DNA from: an uncultured Gammaproteobacteria bacterium
Lineage (GTDB): Bacteria > Pseudomonadota > Gammaproteobacteria > UBA9214
Length of the DNA stretch: 64,000 nt
Direction: 5' to 3'
Assembly (NCBI GenBank): GCA_963827755.1
Contig: CAWHCQ010000009.1
Coordinates: forward strand, 54,464-118,463
In this document: positions 20,018 through 29,487 of the stretch, in pieces
How positions within the stretch are numbered: the first letter of the stretch is position 1
Layout: the number at the start of each line of letters is the position of its first letter
Program-made: the position numbers and the translations under genes
The notes under the pieces: generated by a model
Told to the model about the DNA's origin: nothing
What the model saw: the letters and a program-made list of their open reading frames with translations, nothing else
The model's database searches: none

Positions 20018-21205
20018 TCAATTGGCAGAAAGGTGGAGCATGGCTTCGTTCTGGTCAATGAAAAACCGGAAGTGGTTCAGAAAATTCATGCCCAGCAAGC
20101 CGTCCACACTCGGCATGCCGGCCAGGTCCAGCACACCGATTTCGAGTTGGCTGACTTGCCAGTCACCCACCGAAAGGGCATCGAGTGTATAAACAGGTGC
20201 CCGGACCGTGCCATTTGCTGTATTAAAGGCAGCGGTCCTGCCGGTATCCCGATAGCGGATGCCATGTTGCTCAAGCACATCGGGTGTGAAAATCGTCATG
20301 GATGCACCCGTATCGATGAGCAGCCGTATGCTCCGCCCACGCACCGGTCTCGCGTCAACAATATAATGATTGCCGCTGCGTTGTAATGGTATGCCGACAG
20401 CCCCGGTCGCAGGATCCCCCGGCGCCATGTCCTGCATCCCGGCCAATGCAATGCCCAGCTCAGCGAGCATCGCCTGTGCCTGTTCACCGACATCAGGGTC
20501 CTGTGCTACCAGCAGTAATGAACGACGCGCAGCCTGTTTGTCGTCAAGCGCCAGTTGTACGGCGGCCAGCCCCATGAACCAGGGTGCATGATCCGGTTCG
20601 AGCGCGATGAGGCGCTGGTACAACGAAAGCAACGCGTATTGATCGTCGTTGCGTTTTAGTAATTGGGTCAGTTCGGCCACAATGGAGCGAATACGCACGG
20701 CTATACGCGCCCGCATGGCCGGGCGATAGGCATGGCCCCTGGCCTCGTAGAGCTGATCAATCGCTGCGTGCAAGTCTTGCTGGCCGTGATACGCAGCCGC
20801 CAACAGGATTCGCGCCTCCACATCACGGTAGGCGGCGACCAGGAAATGCTGCAATAACTGCTCTGCCAGACTGAAACGGCGATCTTCAATGAGCAGATTG
20901 GCGTGAGACAGAATTTTTGTTCTGGCATCTGCCACCGCTGCGTCGCTCGCGTGAGCCTGTAATGACTCATAGCGCTGCAGTACCGCCTCGAATTCATTGC
21001 GCTCCAGCAGATTCACCAGGTTATCCATATGACCGGGCGCCGTCGGTGAAAAGACGGCTGTTTCATCCGGGTTAACGGGGTTCGCTGGAGTGAGGCTACC
21101 GGGCTGTGCTGACTGTCCCGGATCAGTACCCCAATAATTGTACGCATACCAACCAAGGCCACAGCCTGCCATAAATATCAGTAAACCGAGGATAAGTTTG
21201 CGCAT
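20018..21205 (-). CDS. TPR-containing retropepsin-like (clan AA) aspartyl protease
   Basis: N-terminal TM, TPR-like helices, LLIDTGAS, TANG, GLLGMNFL. Confidence 0.88.
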   Translation of the reverse strand: MRKLILGLLIFMAGCGLGWYAYNYWGTDPGQSAQPGSLTPANPVNPDETAVFSPTAPGHMDNLVNLLERNEFEAVLQRYESLQAHASDAAVADARTKILSHANLLIEDRRFSLAEQLLQHFLVAAYRDVEARILLAAAYHGQQDLHAAIDQLYEARGHAYRPAMRARIAVRIRSIVAELTQLLKRNDDQYALLSLYQRLIALEPDHAPWFMGLAAVQLALDDKQAARRSLLLVAQDPDVGEQAQAMLAELGIALAGMQDMAPGDPATGAVGIPLQRSGNHYIVDARPVRGRSIRLLIDTGASMTIFTPDVLEQHGIRYRDTGRTAAFNTANGTVRAPVYTLDALSVGDWQVSQLEIGVLDLAGMPSVDGLLGMNFLNHFRFFIDQNEAMLHLSAN

Positions 21206-21256
21206 GGTTGGTGGTACCCGCTTAATGGTGTCGCTTAATTGAATCAATAGAATTGA

Positions 21257-21356
21257 ATCAATAGGTTCAGACTCCTTTGATCCGCTATTGTTTCATCCGT
21301 CATCCCCGCGAAGAGGCCGGGATCCAGCAATTTCAATCGAGACTGACCCTGTTGAT
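21257..21356. repeat. Family C element with nested palindrome (direct copy of 19445-19543)
   Basis: ATAGGTTCAGACTCCTTTGATCCGCTATTG..CGTCATCCCCGCG..GAGACTGACCCTGTTGAT. Confidence 0.8.
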
Positions 21357-21377
21357 TTTTCCGACACCTTTAACTCA

Positions 21378-21731
21378 TTACTCATCAACAATAACCTCGA
21401 ACCCTCCAAAGATCATGCGTCTTCCATCAAACGGCATGGGATTACTCTCCGGATGCAACCGTGGATCGGCCATGGCCTGCTTCATGCCTGCATTACGGGC
21501 TTCTTTTGAGGGCCAGGCAATCCACGAAAAAACGACTGTTTCATTCGCCTGGCATTTTACCGCCAGGGGAAAAGAAGTGACTTCCCCATCCGGAACATCA
21601 TCCCCCCAGCACTCCACCAGTTTCAACGCGCCATGTTCCTTGAAAACGGCGGCTGCGGCCTGCGCGTGCTTTTTGTAGACCGCTTTATTTTCATCAGGTA
21701 CCGCAACAACAAATCCGTCAATATATGTCAT
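21378..21731 (-). CDS. DUF1428 (YbaA) family protein
   Basis: YIDGFVVAVP, ECWGDDVPDG, MPFDGRRMIFGGF. Confidence 0.92.
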   Translation of the reverse strand: MTYIDGFVVAVPDENKAVYKKHAQAAAAVFKEHGALKLVECWGDDVPDGEVTSFPLAVKCQANETVVFSWIAWPSKEARNAGMKQAMADPRLHPESNPMPFDGRRMIFGGFEVIVDE

Positions 21732-22234
21732 AGGAATTCCTCCCCTGGGAAACACTACGCTGGTACGCACACTGAATCATGCCCGGGTCCCTGGCGGCTT
21801 GTGTACACAGCCGCTCCGCCCGCGGCCGGATGCCGACCCGCCCAAGATCAAGCCGGTCGGCATCCCAGCAGGTTTGTACCGTTATATTGCACGGTGCACG
21901 GGGTCGGACCTACGCAACTCACTGACATCACTCGATACTTACCCATGATAAAGGTTATTTTCGGGCTTAAAATGCCTGTTCTGGCCACAATATGGTACCT
22001 GCAAGGTCTACGAGGCACTCAAGATCCTCCAGTATTCTCTGTGCGAGAAATCGCGCCTTCGCAATTTCTTGTATGCGTTATTTTGACCCTGAAAAATACC
22101 ATCTAAGACAGGTTTGCGATCTGAATTAACGTGTTTATTGAGCTAATTCAACCGGTTGACGAGGTCCGACCCTTGGATACTCCCATTCAACCCGAGAATC
22201 TCTTAATGCAGCTGTATCTATGATGTCCAGCGAC

Positions 22235-22290
22235 AAAAGGGGCCTGATACAATTTTCGAGTTTAATCAGAAAATGTATCCGGCCCCTTTT
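22235..22290. repeat. Family B element
   Basis: AAAAGGGGCCTGATACAATTTTCGAGTTTAATCAGAAAATGTATCCGGCCCCTTTT. Confidence 0.9.
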
Positions 22291-22320
22291 CCGCCTCTGA
22301 TTTGATTTACTGCACAGAGA

Positions 22321-22791
22321 CTATTGCCACCCAATCACACTGTAGCTTTTTTCGGACAGGCATTTGTTCACGAAATTCATAAACAGTGGCGAAGTCTCCG
22401 TCATTTGCAGACCACCGCTTACCATACCGGCTGCCGCGCCGGCCGCCGCGCCGGCGAGGGCGCGATTTCCGACATCATGAGAACTATCACGCACCGCCCC
22501 CCAGGCCGCAGCCGAAGTGCCGCCTATGGCGGCACCACCCACGGTCTTGCGGCCAATATCGCCGTCTTTTCTTTGGTTGACGCTCGAAGCGCGGGCTAAT
22601 GCAAAACATGCAGCGATATCCTGCTGCGCCTTCTGTTCACCTACCGATTTCAGATGGTTATTGGGATACAGCACCGGTTGCTTTGGCTTGGTGGCACAAC
22701 CGCTGATGCCGGCCGCTGCAAGCGTGGCAATACACAACAGGCAGCATGCCATTTTTCTACTATTCACGAAACGAATGGATGTCCACATCAT
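22321..22791 (-). CDS. Glycine-zipper lipoprotein
   Basis: Lipobox ISGC; PVLYPN; GAAAGAAAG; start may be 22752. Confidence 0.75.
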   Translation of the reverse strand: MMWTSIRFVNSRKMACCLLCIATLAAAGISGCATKPKQPVLYPNNHLKSVGEQKAQQDIAACFALARASSVNQRKDGDIGRKTVGGAAIGGTSAAAWGAVRDSSHDVGNRALAGAAAGAAAGMVSGGLQMTETSPLFMNFVNKCLSEKSYSVIGWQ

Positions 22792-22810
22792 AAGTATGCA
22801 TTTCCCAACT

Positions 22811-22832
22811 AAAAGGGGCCGGATACATTTTC
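22811..22832. repeat. Family B half element abutting the DUF533 stop codon
   Basis: AAAAGGGGCCGGATACATTTTC. Confidence 0.75.
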
Positions 22833-23609
22833 CTAGCTGTAAAGCACAGGCGCGCCAGCTTGCTGATGAATCTGATTACATGCCTGCTGTGAAATCCCCA
22901 TACCTTGCGCCAACTCATGTAAATACTGTGCTTCGGCTTTGGAATCCAGGTCAATCGAGGTCAGCGACATAAGATAGACCTGTTGTTCCATCCCTTTTGG
23001 AATGCTGCGAATAAAGGCAGCCGTGTCCAGCGGCGCAGACATTTCATCACGGAGGAATCGCTTTTCCGACTCGGAAACATCACCCAGGTGTTCGACGATC
23101 CGCTCTTGCTCGGCCTTGTCGATTTGACCATCGGATTTGGCGGCATTGAGCATTGCCCGCAGCAAAATCTCTGCCTGGTGTTCCTGGTCAACCGTGGGCT
23201 GTATCTGCGCTGCCTGCCGGGAGTCACCCATAAAAGAACCAAGAATATCGCCGATGTCACCACCCTGTTTTGCAGCGCCACCACCAGACAGGCCGCTGAG
23301 CAAACCACCCAGTCCGCCGGCACTGCCGCTTTTATTGCCGCCCAGCAGTCCGCCCAGTGCGCCGGCAATACCGCCACCACCACCGCCGGCACTCGCGCTT
23401 TTATTGCCACCCAGCAGCCCGCCCAGTGCGCCGGCAATACCGCCACCACCACCGCCGGCACTCGCGCTTTTATTGCCGCCCAGCAGCCCGCCCAGTGCGC
23501 CGGCAATACCGCCACCGCCACCACCGCCGCTCCTGCTGCCCGCCATACTGACGCCCTTGGCAACCAAACCTGCCATGACCAACTTGCCCAGCATATTTGA
23601 CATACTCAT
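22833..23609 (-). CDS. DUF533 (YebE/TerB-like) protein with Gly-rich N-terminus
   Basis: LLRAMLNAAKSDGQID..E, YLMSL..IDLDS.AE..YL..LA. Confidence 0.88.
   Translation of the reverse strand: MSMSNMLGKLVMAGLVAKGVSMAGSRSGGGGGGGIAGALGGLLGGNKSASAGGGGGGIAGALGGLLGGNKSASAGGGGGGIAGALGGLLGGNKSGSAGGLGGLLSGLSGGGAAKQGGDIGDILGSFMGDSRQAAQIQPTVDQEHQAEILLRAMLNAAKSDGQIDKAEQERIVEHLGDVSESEKRFLRDEMSAPLDTAAFIRSIPKGMEQQVYLMSLTSIDLDSKAEAQYLHELAQGMGISQQACNQIHQQAGAPVLYS
23328..23530. repeat. Intragenic 69-bp tandem repeat x3
   Basis: Units start 23328, 23397, 23466; encode GGIAGALGGLLGGNKSASAGGGG. Confidence 0.85.
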
Positions 23610-23682
23610 AAGAATTATCCTTTGTATTAAAAGAAACGTTAGTTGCGCAAAACCAGGATCAAATAATGACTTTACCCGATTT

Positions 23683-23731
23683 TACCTGAAACCAGGATCT
23701 AACCCCGGCGCCTGAATGTTAAAGATTGTGA
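23683..23731. repeat. 49-bp direct repeat, copy 1
   Basis: TACCTGAAACCAGGATCTAACCCCGGCGCCTGAATGTTAAAGATTGTGA. Confidence 0.85.
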
Positions 23732-23758
23732 ACCACAGGAGAAGAGGCCCCCGGAGGG

Positions 23759-25183
23759 TCAAAAGCGACCACCGGTACGAAAGCCACCACCGCGGCGTTT
23801 CAAGACGGAACCCAGGGTGCCGCCCCGGCGCGAGGACGGGATACGCCAGACCTTGCGCGAGCGGCCGAAACCGCCGCTGCCAAAATCCGGGTTGGAACGG
23901 GTCTGGCGATAGCGCTGGTTGCGCAGGATGGTGCCCCACAGGTCATCGGAACTGGCGACACCGCGCAGGAACTCTTTCATGATCACGGCCAGCAACCCGG
24001 TATTGTCGAACTGGGAATGCATGTCGTCGAAGCGTTTGCGCTTGAAGTTGCGCCTCACGCCTTGCAGTTCCTGCAGACGGGCCAGATGCCGTTCATGCAT
24101 CTGCTTGTGATGATCCAGGGCATCCTGGTGCTGCCTCTTCTCGCTGTCTATATTGGCGAGCCTCTGGATGATGCGGTCATCTTGCGGGGTAATCGTCGTC
24201 TCGGCATGCTGGCGCAAGGATGAAAAACCTTCACGCTCGAACTCCGCCACCAGCGTGGCGATGGCCTTGTTGAAGTACTGATCCTCTGCGGCGGCAAACA
24301 GGGCCTGGTCCTGCAACAGCCGGTTGAAGGTCTCTTCTTCCTGCTGGATGCGCTGATCGATCTTGCGCAGTGCCGCTTCGGCCTGTTCCACTGCCGCGCG
24401 CTGTACAGGGATGCCGTCTTCATCCGCAGCCGCCGCCTCCAGCGCTTCCAGGGCCGCAAAGGCTGCATCGGCATCGCTGCGCACCCGCTGTGCATGCTCG
24501 CCCAGCCGGGCCGGAATCTCGAGCAACATGGCGTAGTTGGGACGGGCCGCGTGATAAGCGCACAAACGCGCCACCTTCGCATCGAGAAAGCGGGCCAGGG
24601 GTCCGGCCGAATAGCGTGATGTTCCGTAGTGTCTTTTCCACAGATACATAAACAGCGAATCCGCCTCATAGGGTTCGCCTTTCTCGACCCGGTCCGCTGC
24701 AGCCTGTGTCGTCTTTTCTTCCGCCTGTATGGCAATTTCGTCAGCGGCATGCGCGGCTGCAAGCAGTTCCTTGTGGGCCGGATCCTCCTGCAGGCGCTGC
24801 TGGGTCGCGGCCTCCATCGAATCGAGTCGTTCGGCGGCCTGGTCGACCTGCTGATGCATGGCTTCACGTTCAACATCCAGGTCATCCTCTGCCTGTTGTG
24901 ATGCCTCGATACGTGACTGCAGTGCCTGCAAGGCCTGCTCGCGTTCTCCAAGCAATGTCTGTACGCGCCGATCGGCGGCATCGAGCCCCGTAATGACCTC
25001 CCCCCTGACCAGTTGATCAAGCCGGATTTCGGCCAGCTGCCGGTAGCCATCCGCTTCTTCCTGCCGCAGATGCACCAGCTTCCTGCTGGTGATTTGAACC
25101 TGGGTATCGAGCTCGCTGACCTGCTGGCGCACCTGGCGCAGGCCCTGGTCGATCGAAGTGAGTGTTTGCTGGCCGCTCCACAT
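23759..25183 (-). CDS. Long coiled-coil protein with Gly/Arg tail
   Basis: Heptads; YEADSLFMYLW motif; ends GGGFRTGGRF. Confidence 0.75.
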   Translation of the reverse strand: MWSGQQTLTSIDQGLRQVRQQVSELDTQVQITSRKLVHLRQEEADGYRQLAEIRLDQLVRGEVITGLDAADRRVQTLLGEREQALQALQSRIEASQQAEDDLDVEREAMHQQVDQAAERLDSMEAATQQRLQEDPAHKELLAAAHAADEIAIQAEEKTTQAAADRVEKGEPYEADSLFMYLWKRHYGTSRYSAGPLARFLDAKVARLCAYHAARPNYAMLLEIPARLGEHAQRVRSDADAAFAALEALEAAAADEDGIPVQRAAVEQAEAALRKIDQRIQQEEETFNRLLQDQALFAAAEDQYFNKAIATLVAEFEREGFSSLRQHAETTITPQDDRIIQRLANIDSEKRQHQDALDHHKQMHERHLARLQELQGVRRNFKRKRFDDMHSQFDNTGLLAVIMKEFLRGVASSDDLWGTILRNQRYRQTRSNPDFGSGGFGRSRKVWRIPSSRRGGTLGSVLKRRGGGFRTGGRF

Positions 25184-25191
25184 AATCAGGT

Positions 25192-26106
25192 CTACCAGGC
25201 GGTGAGCGCGGCGCCGGTCGTCGGCATGGCATAGTCGGGTGTCAGCTGGCCGCGCCGCTTCACACCAAAATCGCGCTGCTGGATAATCCCGTCGTCGCTT
25301 TTATCGGCGGCGATTTGTTCATACAGCTGTTCGCTTACCCGCAGCGCCCATTTATTTACTTTATAGATCTTGCCGTCCTCTTCATTGCGAACAGGAAGTG
25401 TCAGTGTGCTGCCGTCCTCTGTCAGCGCCTCGACGATAACGTAGTAGTTACGGGCATCGGTGTTGACATCGGGCATGCGCCATACGCCACTGGATTCACC
25501 CGGCCGCGATACGATGCGTACGCTGTATTCCTGCTCAAGCTGCGCGCGCAGCTCCTTCAGGGAGACAACCGCTTTCCCGGCTGCATCGGCATCCTCTTCG
25601 CGCAAGGCCGCCTGGCCCTGAAGGAGATACTGCTGCGCACGTTCGCGCGCCTCGGGCACCTCGGTCAGTTCGATAATGGCCTGGCGCTGCGTGGCCAGTT
25701 CGCCGGGGAGTGCTGCCAGGCGACGTTGCTGCGGGCCGCTGATCATCGTTGTGTAGACAATCGCTACCGCAAGGATCATGGCCAGGATCGCCAGCAGCGC
25801 CTTGCCCCAGGTACCCCGGGTGATGTAGATGTGTGCGAGGGTGACGCGCCAGCCCGGTTCGGGCGGCGTGTAGACAAAGCGCTCCTCATCCAGGGCCGCA
25901 ACACCTTCGGCCAGTACATGATCGGGAACATCGATACCCTGGGCGGCATAGATTTCGCGCAGCCGTTTGATCAGCGTTTGCTCGCGCGCTTCTGTATTCA
26001 GCTCACGCTCGACCAGCAATTGTCGATGCCGGAGTGTGTCGACCACATCCATTGCCAGCATGACATCATCGAGGGGATGCCTGGTTGCGGTATCTGTCCC
26101 GGCCAT
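25192..26106 (-). CDS. DUF6384 family membrane protein
   Basis: PLDDVMLAMDVVDTLRH, RNYYVIVEA, DKSDDGIIQ. Confidence 0.8.
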   Translation of the reverse strand: MAGTDTATRHPLDDVMLAMDVVDTLRHRQLLVERELNTEAREQTLIKRLREIYAAQGIDVPDHVLAEGVAALDEERFVYTPPEPGWRVTLAHIYITRGTWGKALLAILAMILAVAIVYTTMISGPQQRRLAALPGELATQRQAIIELTEVPEARERAQQYLLQGQAALREEDADAAGKAVVSLKELRAQLEQEYSVRIVSRPGESSGVWRMPDVNTDARNYYVIVEALTEDGSTLTLPVRNEEDGKIYKVNKWALRVSEQLYEQIAADKSDDGIIQQRDFGVKRRGQLTPDYAMPTTGAALTAW

Positions 26107-26136
26107 TGTCTGGAACTGCCTGTTGTCCGGGTTCTG

Positions 26137-27313
26137 TTATGACTGACCCGGCAGTGTCAGCGGGAATGCCCTGCCTTCCTCGACCAGCCGTGCCAGGCGC
26201 TGCTTGCCTTCTTCCACCGCATCGCGGATTTCTTCAGCATTCTGCGTACTCAGCTTGCGCATTTCCTCGATAATGATGCGCGAGTGTTCCTGGTAACTGA
26301 CGACTGAATCAACCAGGCGCTTGACGGCATCGGCACGAATGGTCGGACCGTAGCCGGCCCTGATTGCCGCTTCCTGCACTTTGCCGCCGATATCAGCCAG
26401 GTCTTCAAGGCTCCTGCTGACACCCTCTTTCATCGCGTTCAGGGTCTCGGTGCTCTCGTGCAATCCAAACATACCGGTAAATGATGCACTCAAGGCGGTT
26501 AATACGGTTTCATTGGTGCCGAAGAAACTGATCGACTGCTGGTACACGCGTTCCTTGGCATTGGTGGTCTGGATGAGCCGTGCCATGACAACCTCGGAGG
26601 TGTTGTAGCCCACTGTCAGGTTATCGGAGAGATCCTTGCTGATCTGGTAACGCTTGTCGGCCGTCTGTACATCACGCATGCGCTCATCGCGCGTCAGTTC
26701 CAGGCGTGCACGATCGGCGGCATCTTCACCTTTATACTCGCCCAAAACGTCCATCGAAGCCTGCAGCTCGGCCTTGGCGGCATCCAGTTTGTCCTGGGCG
26801 ATTTTCAGGACTTCCAGCGCCAGCACCTCGGACTCTTTCAGGGCGCCGCGGAAATCCTGGTAGGCGGTAAGTATCAGGTGTTCGCGCTGGATCTGGTCTT
26901 TGGAATCTTCTGCAACTTCCAGGTACACCTTTTTGATTTTATCGAAGCGGCCGGAGATGTCGCCGCGGCTCACCTTCATCCAGACATTCTGTACGCGTTC
27001 CCAGGTATTGACCTTGCCGTCTTCCAGTTGTTCGACCATCCCCTTGGCATCTTCGCGAATGCTGTTGAATGATTTGATGATGTCTTCATAGCGTTCGCCG
27101 ATCTGCATGGCGCTGACCTGTTCGCGGACGACTTCATTGAATAACGAAGCCTGGTTCAGTGTCATGGCGATCGCCACGACCTTGTCTTCATCCAGATCGG
27201 TAATCTGATTCAGCAACGCGATAACGGGGGCTTCCTGTGCTGTCCGCCGGCATCAGGTCAAGATCACGCAGCGAGTTGAGCGCTTTGTCGAGATATTTTA
27301 ATGGTGTACTCAT
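26137..27313 (-). CDS. TelA/toxic-anion-resistance-like coiled-coil protein, frameshifted near 27245
   Basis: ATG 27313 gives MSTPLKYLDKALNSLRDLDLMP; the continuation QEAPVIALLNQITD is one base out of frame. Confidence 0.65.
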
Positions 27314-27525
27314 GGGACATTCCTCACTGTTGTGGATTGCAGACTAAAAAACTGACCGGGGCAAGCTGATGCTTTAGCCCGAGTGTAGTGCCTTCCGGCA
27401 GGAAAGGCGCCGGCTACAACTACAACTCTGGCCGGAAAATACAGCTAAATCAGAGGGGTCGGTGACAAAATCCGGTTATTCTCATTCGTGACCCTCCCCC
27501 TTTGATCATGGCATTACTCGAATTC

Positions 27526-27574
27526 TACCTGAAACCGGGATCGGACCCCGGCGCCTGAATGTTAAAGATTGTGA
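27526..27574. repeat. 49-bp direct repeat, copy 2
   Basis: TACCTGAAACCGGGATCGGACCCCGGCGCCTGAATGTTAAAGATTGTGA. Confidence 0.85.
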
Positions 27575-27605
27575 CCATTGGAAAAAACCCGTGGATTCCG
27601 GCACC

Positions 27606-27663
27606 AAAAAGGTGGCGGATACAATTTTCAGACCTGATCGGAAAATATATCCAGCCCCATTTT
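27606..27663. repeat. Family B element (degenerate)
   Basis: AAAAAGGTGGCGGATACAATTTTC..GAAAATATATCCAGCCCCATTTT. Confidence 0.75.
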
Positions 27664-27723
27664 CTCCAAACACCTGCTACACTCGCCCTGTAATCTATAA
27701 CGAATTCTGGAGAGGAACAACAC

Positions 27724-28161
27724 ATGGGATTATTCGATTTTGCGAAAAATATCGGGGCGAAAGTTTTTGGTGACAAGGAACCCCCTGAAACTCAGGCCGA
27801 CAAGATAAAGAGCCATATTGAAACCGACAATCCGGGTATTACGGATCTTAAAGTCGCCGTTCACGAGGGTATCGTTTCACTCGGCGGTGAAGCCGCCTCC
27901 GGTGAAGCCCTGGAGAAGGCCGTTCTGCTGGCCGGCAACGTCAAGGGCGTTGAAAAAGTCATGGCTGTCACAGTCAAGGCCGCGGATGAACCCAAGGTCG
28001 AATACTACGAAATCAAGTCCGGTGATTCGCTCTCGGCCATTGCCAAGAAATTCTATGGCGATGCGATGCAGTATCCGCGACTGTTCGAAGCAAACAGGGA
28101 AGTGATAAAGGACCCTGATAAAATTTACCCGGGGCAGAAAATACGGGTCCCGATGGACTGA
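27724..28161 (+). CDS. kbp: BON-LysM protein (Kbp/YgaU)
   Basis: MGLFDFAKNIG.K, EKAVLLAGNV.GV, LysM GDSLSAIAKKFYG..IYPGQ. Confidence 0.88.
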   Translation: MGLFDFAKNIGAKVFGDKEPPETQADKIKSHIETDNPGITDLKVAVHEGIVSLGGEAASGEALEKAVLLAGNVKGVEKVMAVTVKAADEPKVEYYEIKSGDSLSAIAKKFYGDAMQYPRLFEANREVIKDPDKIYPGQKIRVPMD

Positions 28162-28168
28162 TTTGCAC

Positions 28169-28209
28169 AGGGGGCGGAGGAATAATAATTTATTTCCTCC
28201 CCCCCTTTT
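28169..28209. terminator. Hairpin between convergent genes
   Basis: AGGGGGCGGAGGAA..TTCCTCCCCCCCTTTT. Confidence 0.55.
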
Positions 28210-28217
28210 GCAACAGG

Positions 28218-28883
28218 CTACGAGCGTCTGCGTCCCGGCCGGGGTGAACGCATCCACGGTGGTGGCGCACCACCCGGCCCTGCCATCGGTGACCCGGGCG
28301 GCGGCATCCGCTGTCCGGTTGGCATATTCCACGGCGGTGGCGGTGGCTTTCGACCAGGGGGACTAGCCGCGACCGCCTGGTTCCAGGCCGCCTTTCGCCA
28401 GCCCTGCATGTGCAGGAACGCATCGAATTCCTGCTGTTGATGTTGATCGAAGCGCTGCTTCTCCTGCTGCTGATAAGCCGAAAACTTCTCCAGGTCACCA
28501 CGCTGCTTCAGATCCAGCCCGTTGTGCTCCTGCTTCTGATGGGCACGGAAGGCTGCCCAGTCCTGCTTCCACCACGCCTCGTCGAGATCATCCTCATCCA
28601 GCTCAGGTGTCTTTTCGATGGTTGGCGGTGCCGCCTCCGTGGCGGCCTGGCCTGCCGGGCCTGCCTGGCCTGACTGCGAAGTGGGTGTACTGCTTTCCGC
28701 CTGCGGGGTTCCCGGCAGTGGTGCGTTCAAAATGTCCTTGACGCGCTCAAGCAGGGAATCATCGTCATCCTCCTCAGGCGAGGATTGCGTTTGTTTCGAA
28801 GCCGGTGCCTTTGCTCCGGGCAGGGGTGCATTCAGAATTTCACCCAGCTTGTCAAAAAATCCTTTGTCTTCTTGCTGTGCCAT
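28218..28883 (-). CDS. Hypothetical Pro/Gln-rich protein
   Basis: Start MAQQEDK after AAGGAG; ILNAPLPG occurs twice. Confidence 0.7.
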   Translation of the reverse strand: MAQQEDKGFFDKLGEILNAPLPGAKAPASKQTQSSPEEDDDDSLLERVKDILNAPLPGTPQAESSTPTSQSGQAGPAGQAATEAAPPTIEKTPELDEDDLDEAWWKQDWAAFRAHQKQEHNGLDLKQRGDLEKFSAYQQQEKQRFDQHQQQEFDAFLHMQGWRKAAWNQAVAASPPGRKPPPPPWNMPTGQRMPPPGSPMAGPGGAPPPWMRSPRPGRRRS

Positions 28884-28900
28884 CTTCAACTCCTTTACTG

Positions 28901-29170
28901 TCAGCGCTGTACCTTGATGAACTTCGACAACCAGACGAGGAGCAATGCGCCTGCCAGCGCTGCCACGCAGGTAACGATCAGCCCGCCAACCGTGCCGCCG
29001 CCGCCAATACCAAGCAAGGCCAGAGCGTAACCGCCGACGACGCCACCGGCTATGCCGAGAATCATATCGCCAATCTTGCCAAAGGGAGGTGTGCCACCAA
29101 TGAAACTTCTTGCAATCAACCCGGCGACAGCGCCGATCGCCAACCAAACCAACAAAGACCATGCAGGCAT
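28901..29170 (-). CDS. GlsB/YeaQ/YmgE stress-response membrane protein
   Basis: IGAVAGLIA, DMILGIAGGVVGG. Confidence 0.85.
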   Translation of the reverse strand: MPAWSLLVWLAIGAVAGLIARSFIGGTPPFGKIGDMILGIAGGVVGGYALALLGIGGGGTVGGLIVTCVAALAGALLLVWLSKFIKVQR

Positions 29171-29295
29171 ATCCAGTACTCCTTTCCAGTCATGTCAATC
29201 CTGAAGCCAGGATTGATCAAGGGGGGGCGTATTATCACTACTCATGGACTGGTAATTCAAGAGCCCGGAGAGCGTTTACTTTAAAAACAGGCAGT

Positions 29296-29313
29296 AAATG
29301 TGCCCTGACAACC
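29296..29313. repeat. Family A right half
   Basis: AAATGTGCCCTGACAACC. Confidence 0.6.
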
Positions 29314-29399
29314 TTTTCCCTGTACAGGCATTCTGCAGATGGCCATGCCAGGAACCCCTGATTAATTTGTGAATCACGGTATTCAGTTCCTGTACTACC

Positions 29400-29469
29400 G
29401 CAGGGTGCGTTTTACGCACCATGAATTAACGGCCTGCGCGTGCTCATCGGTGCGTAAAATGCACCCTAC
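29400..29469. repeat. Inverted REP doublet (REPIN-like)
   Basis: GCAGGGTGCGTTTTACGCACC..GGTGCGTAAAATGCACCCTAC; single related copy near 31231. Confidence 0.7.
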
Positions 29470-29487
29470 AAGGGTTCATGAAATAAA

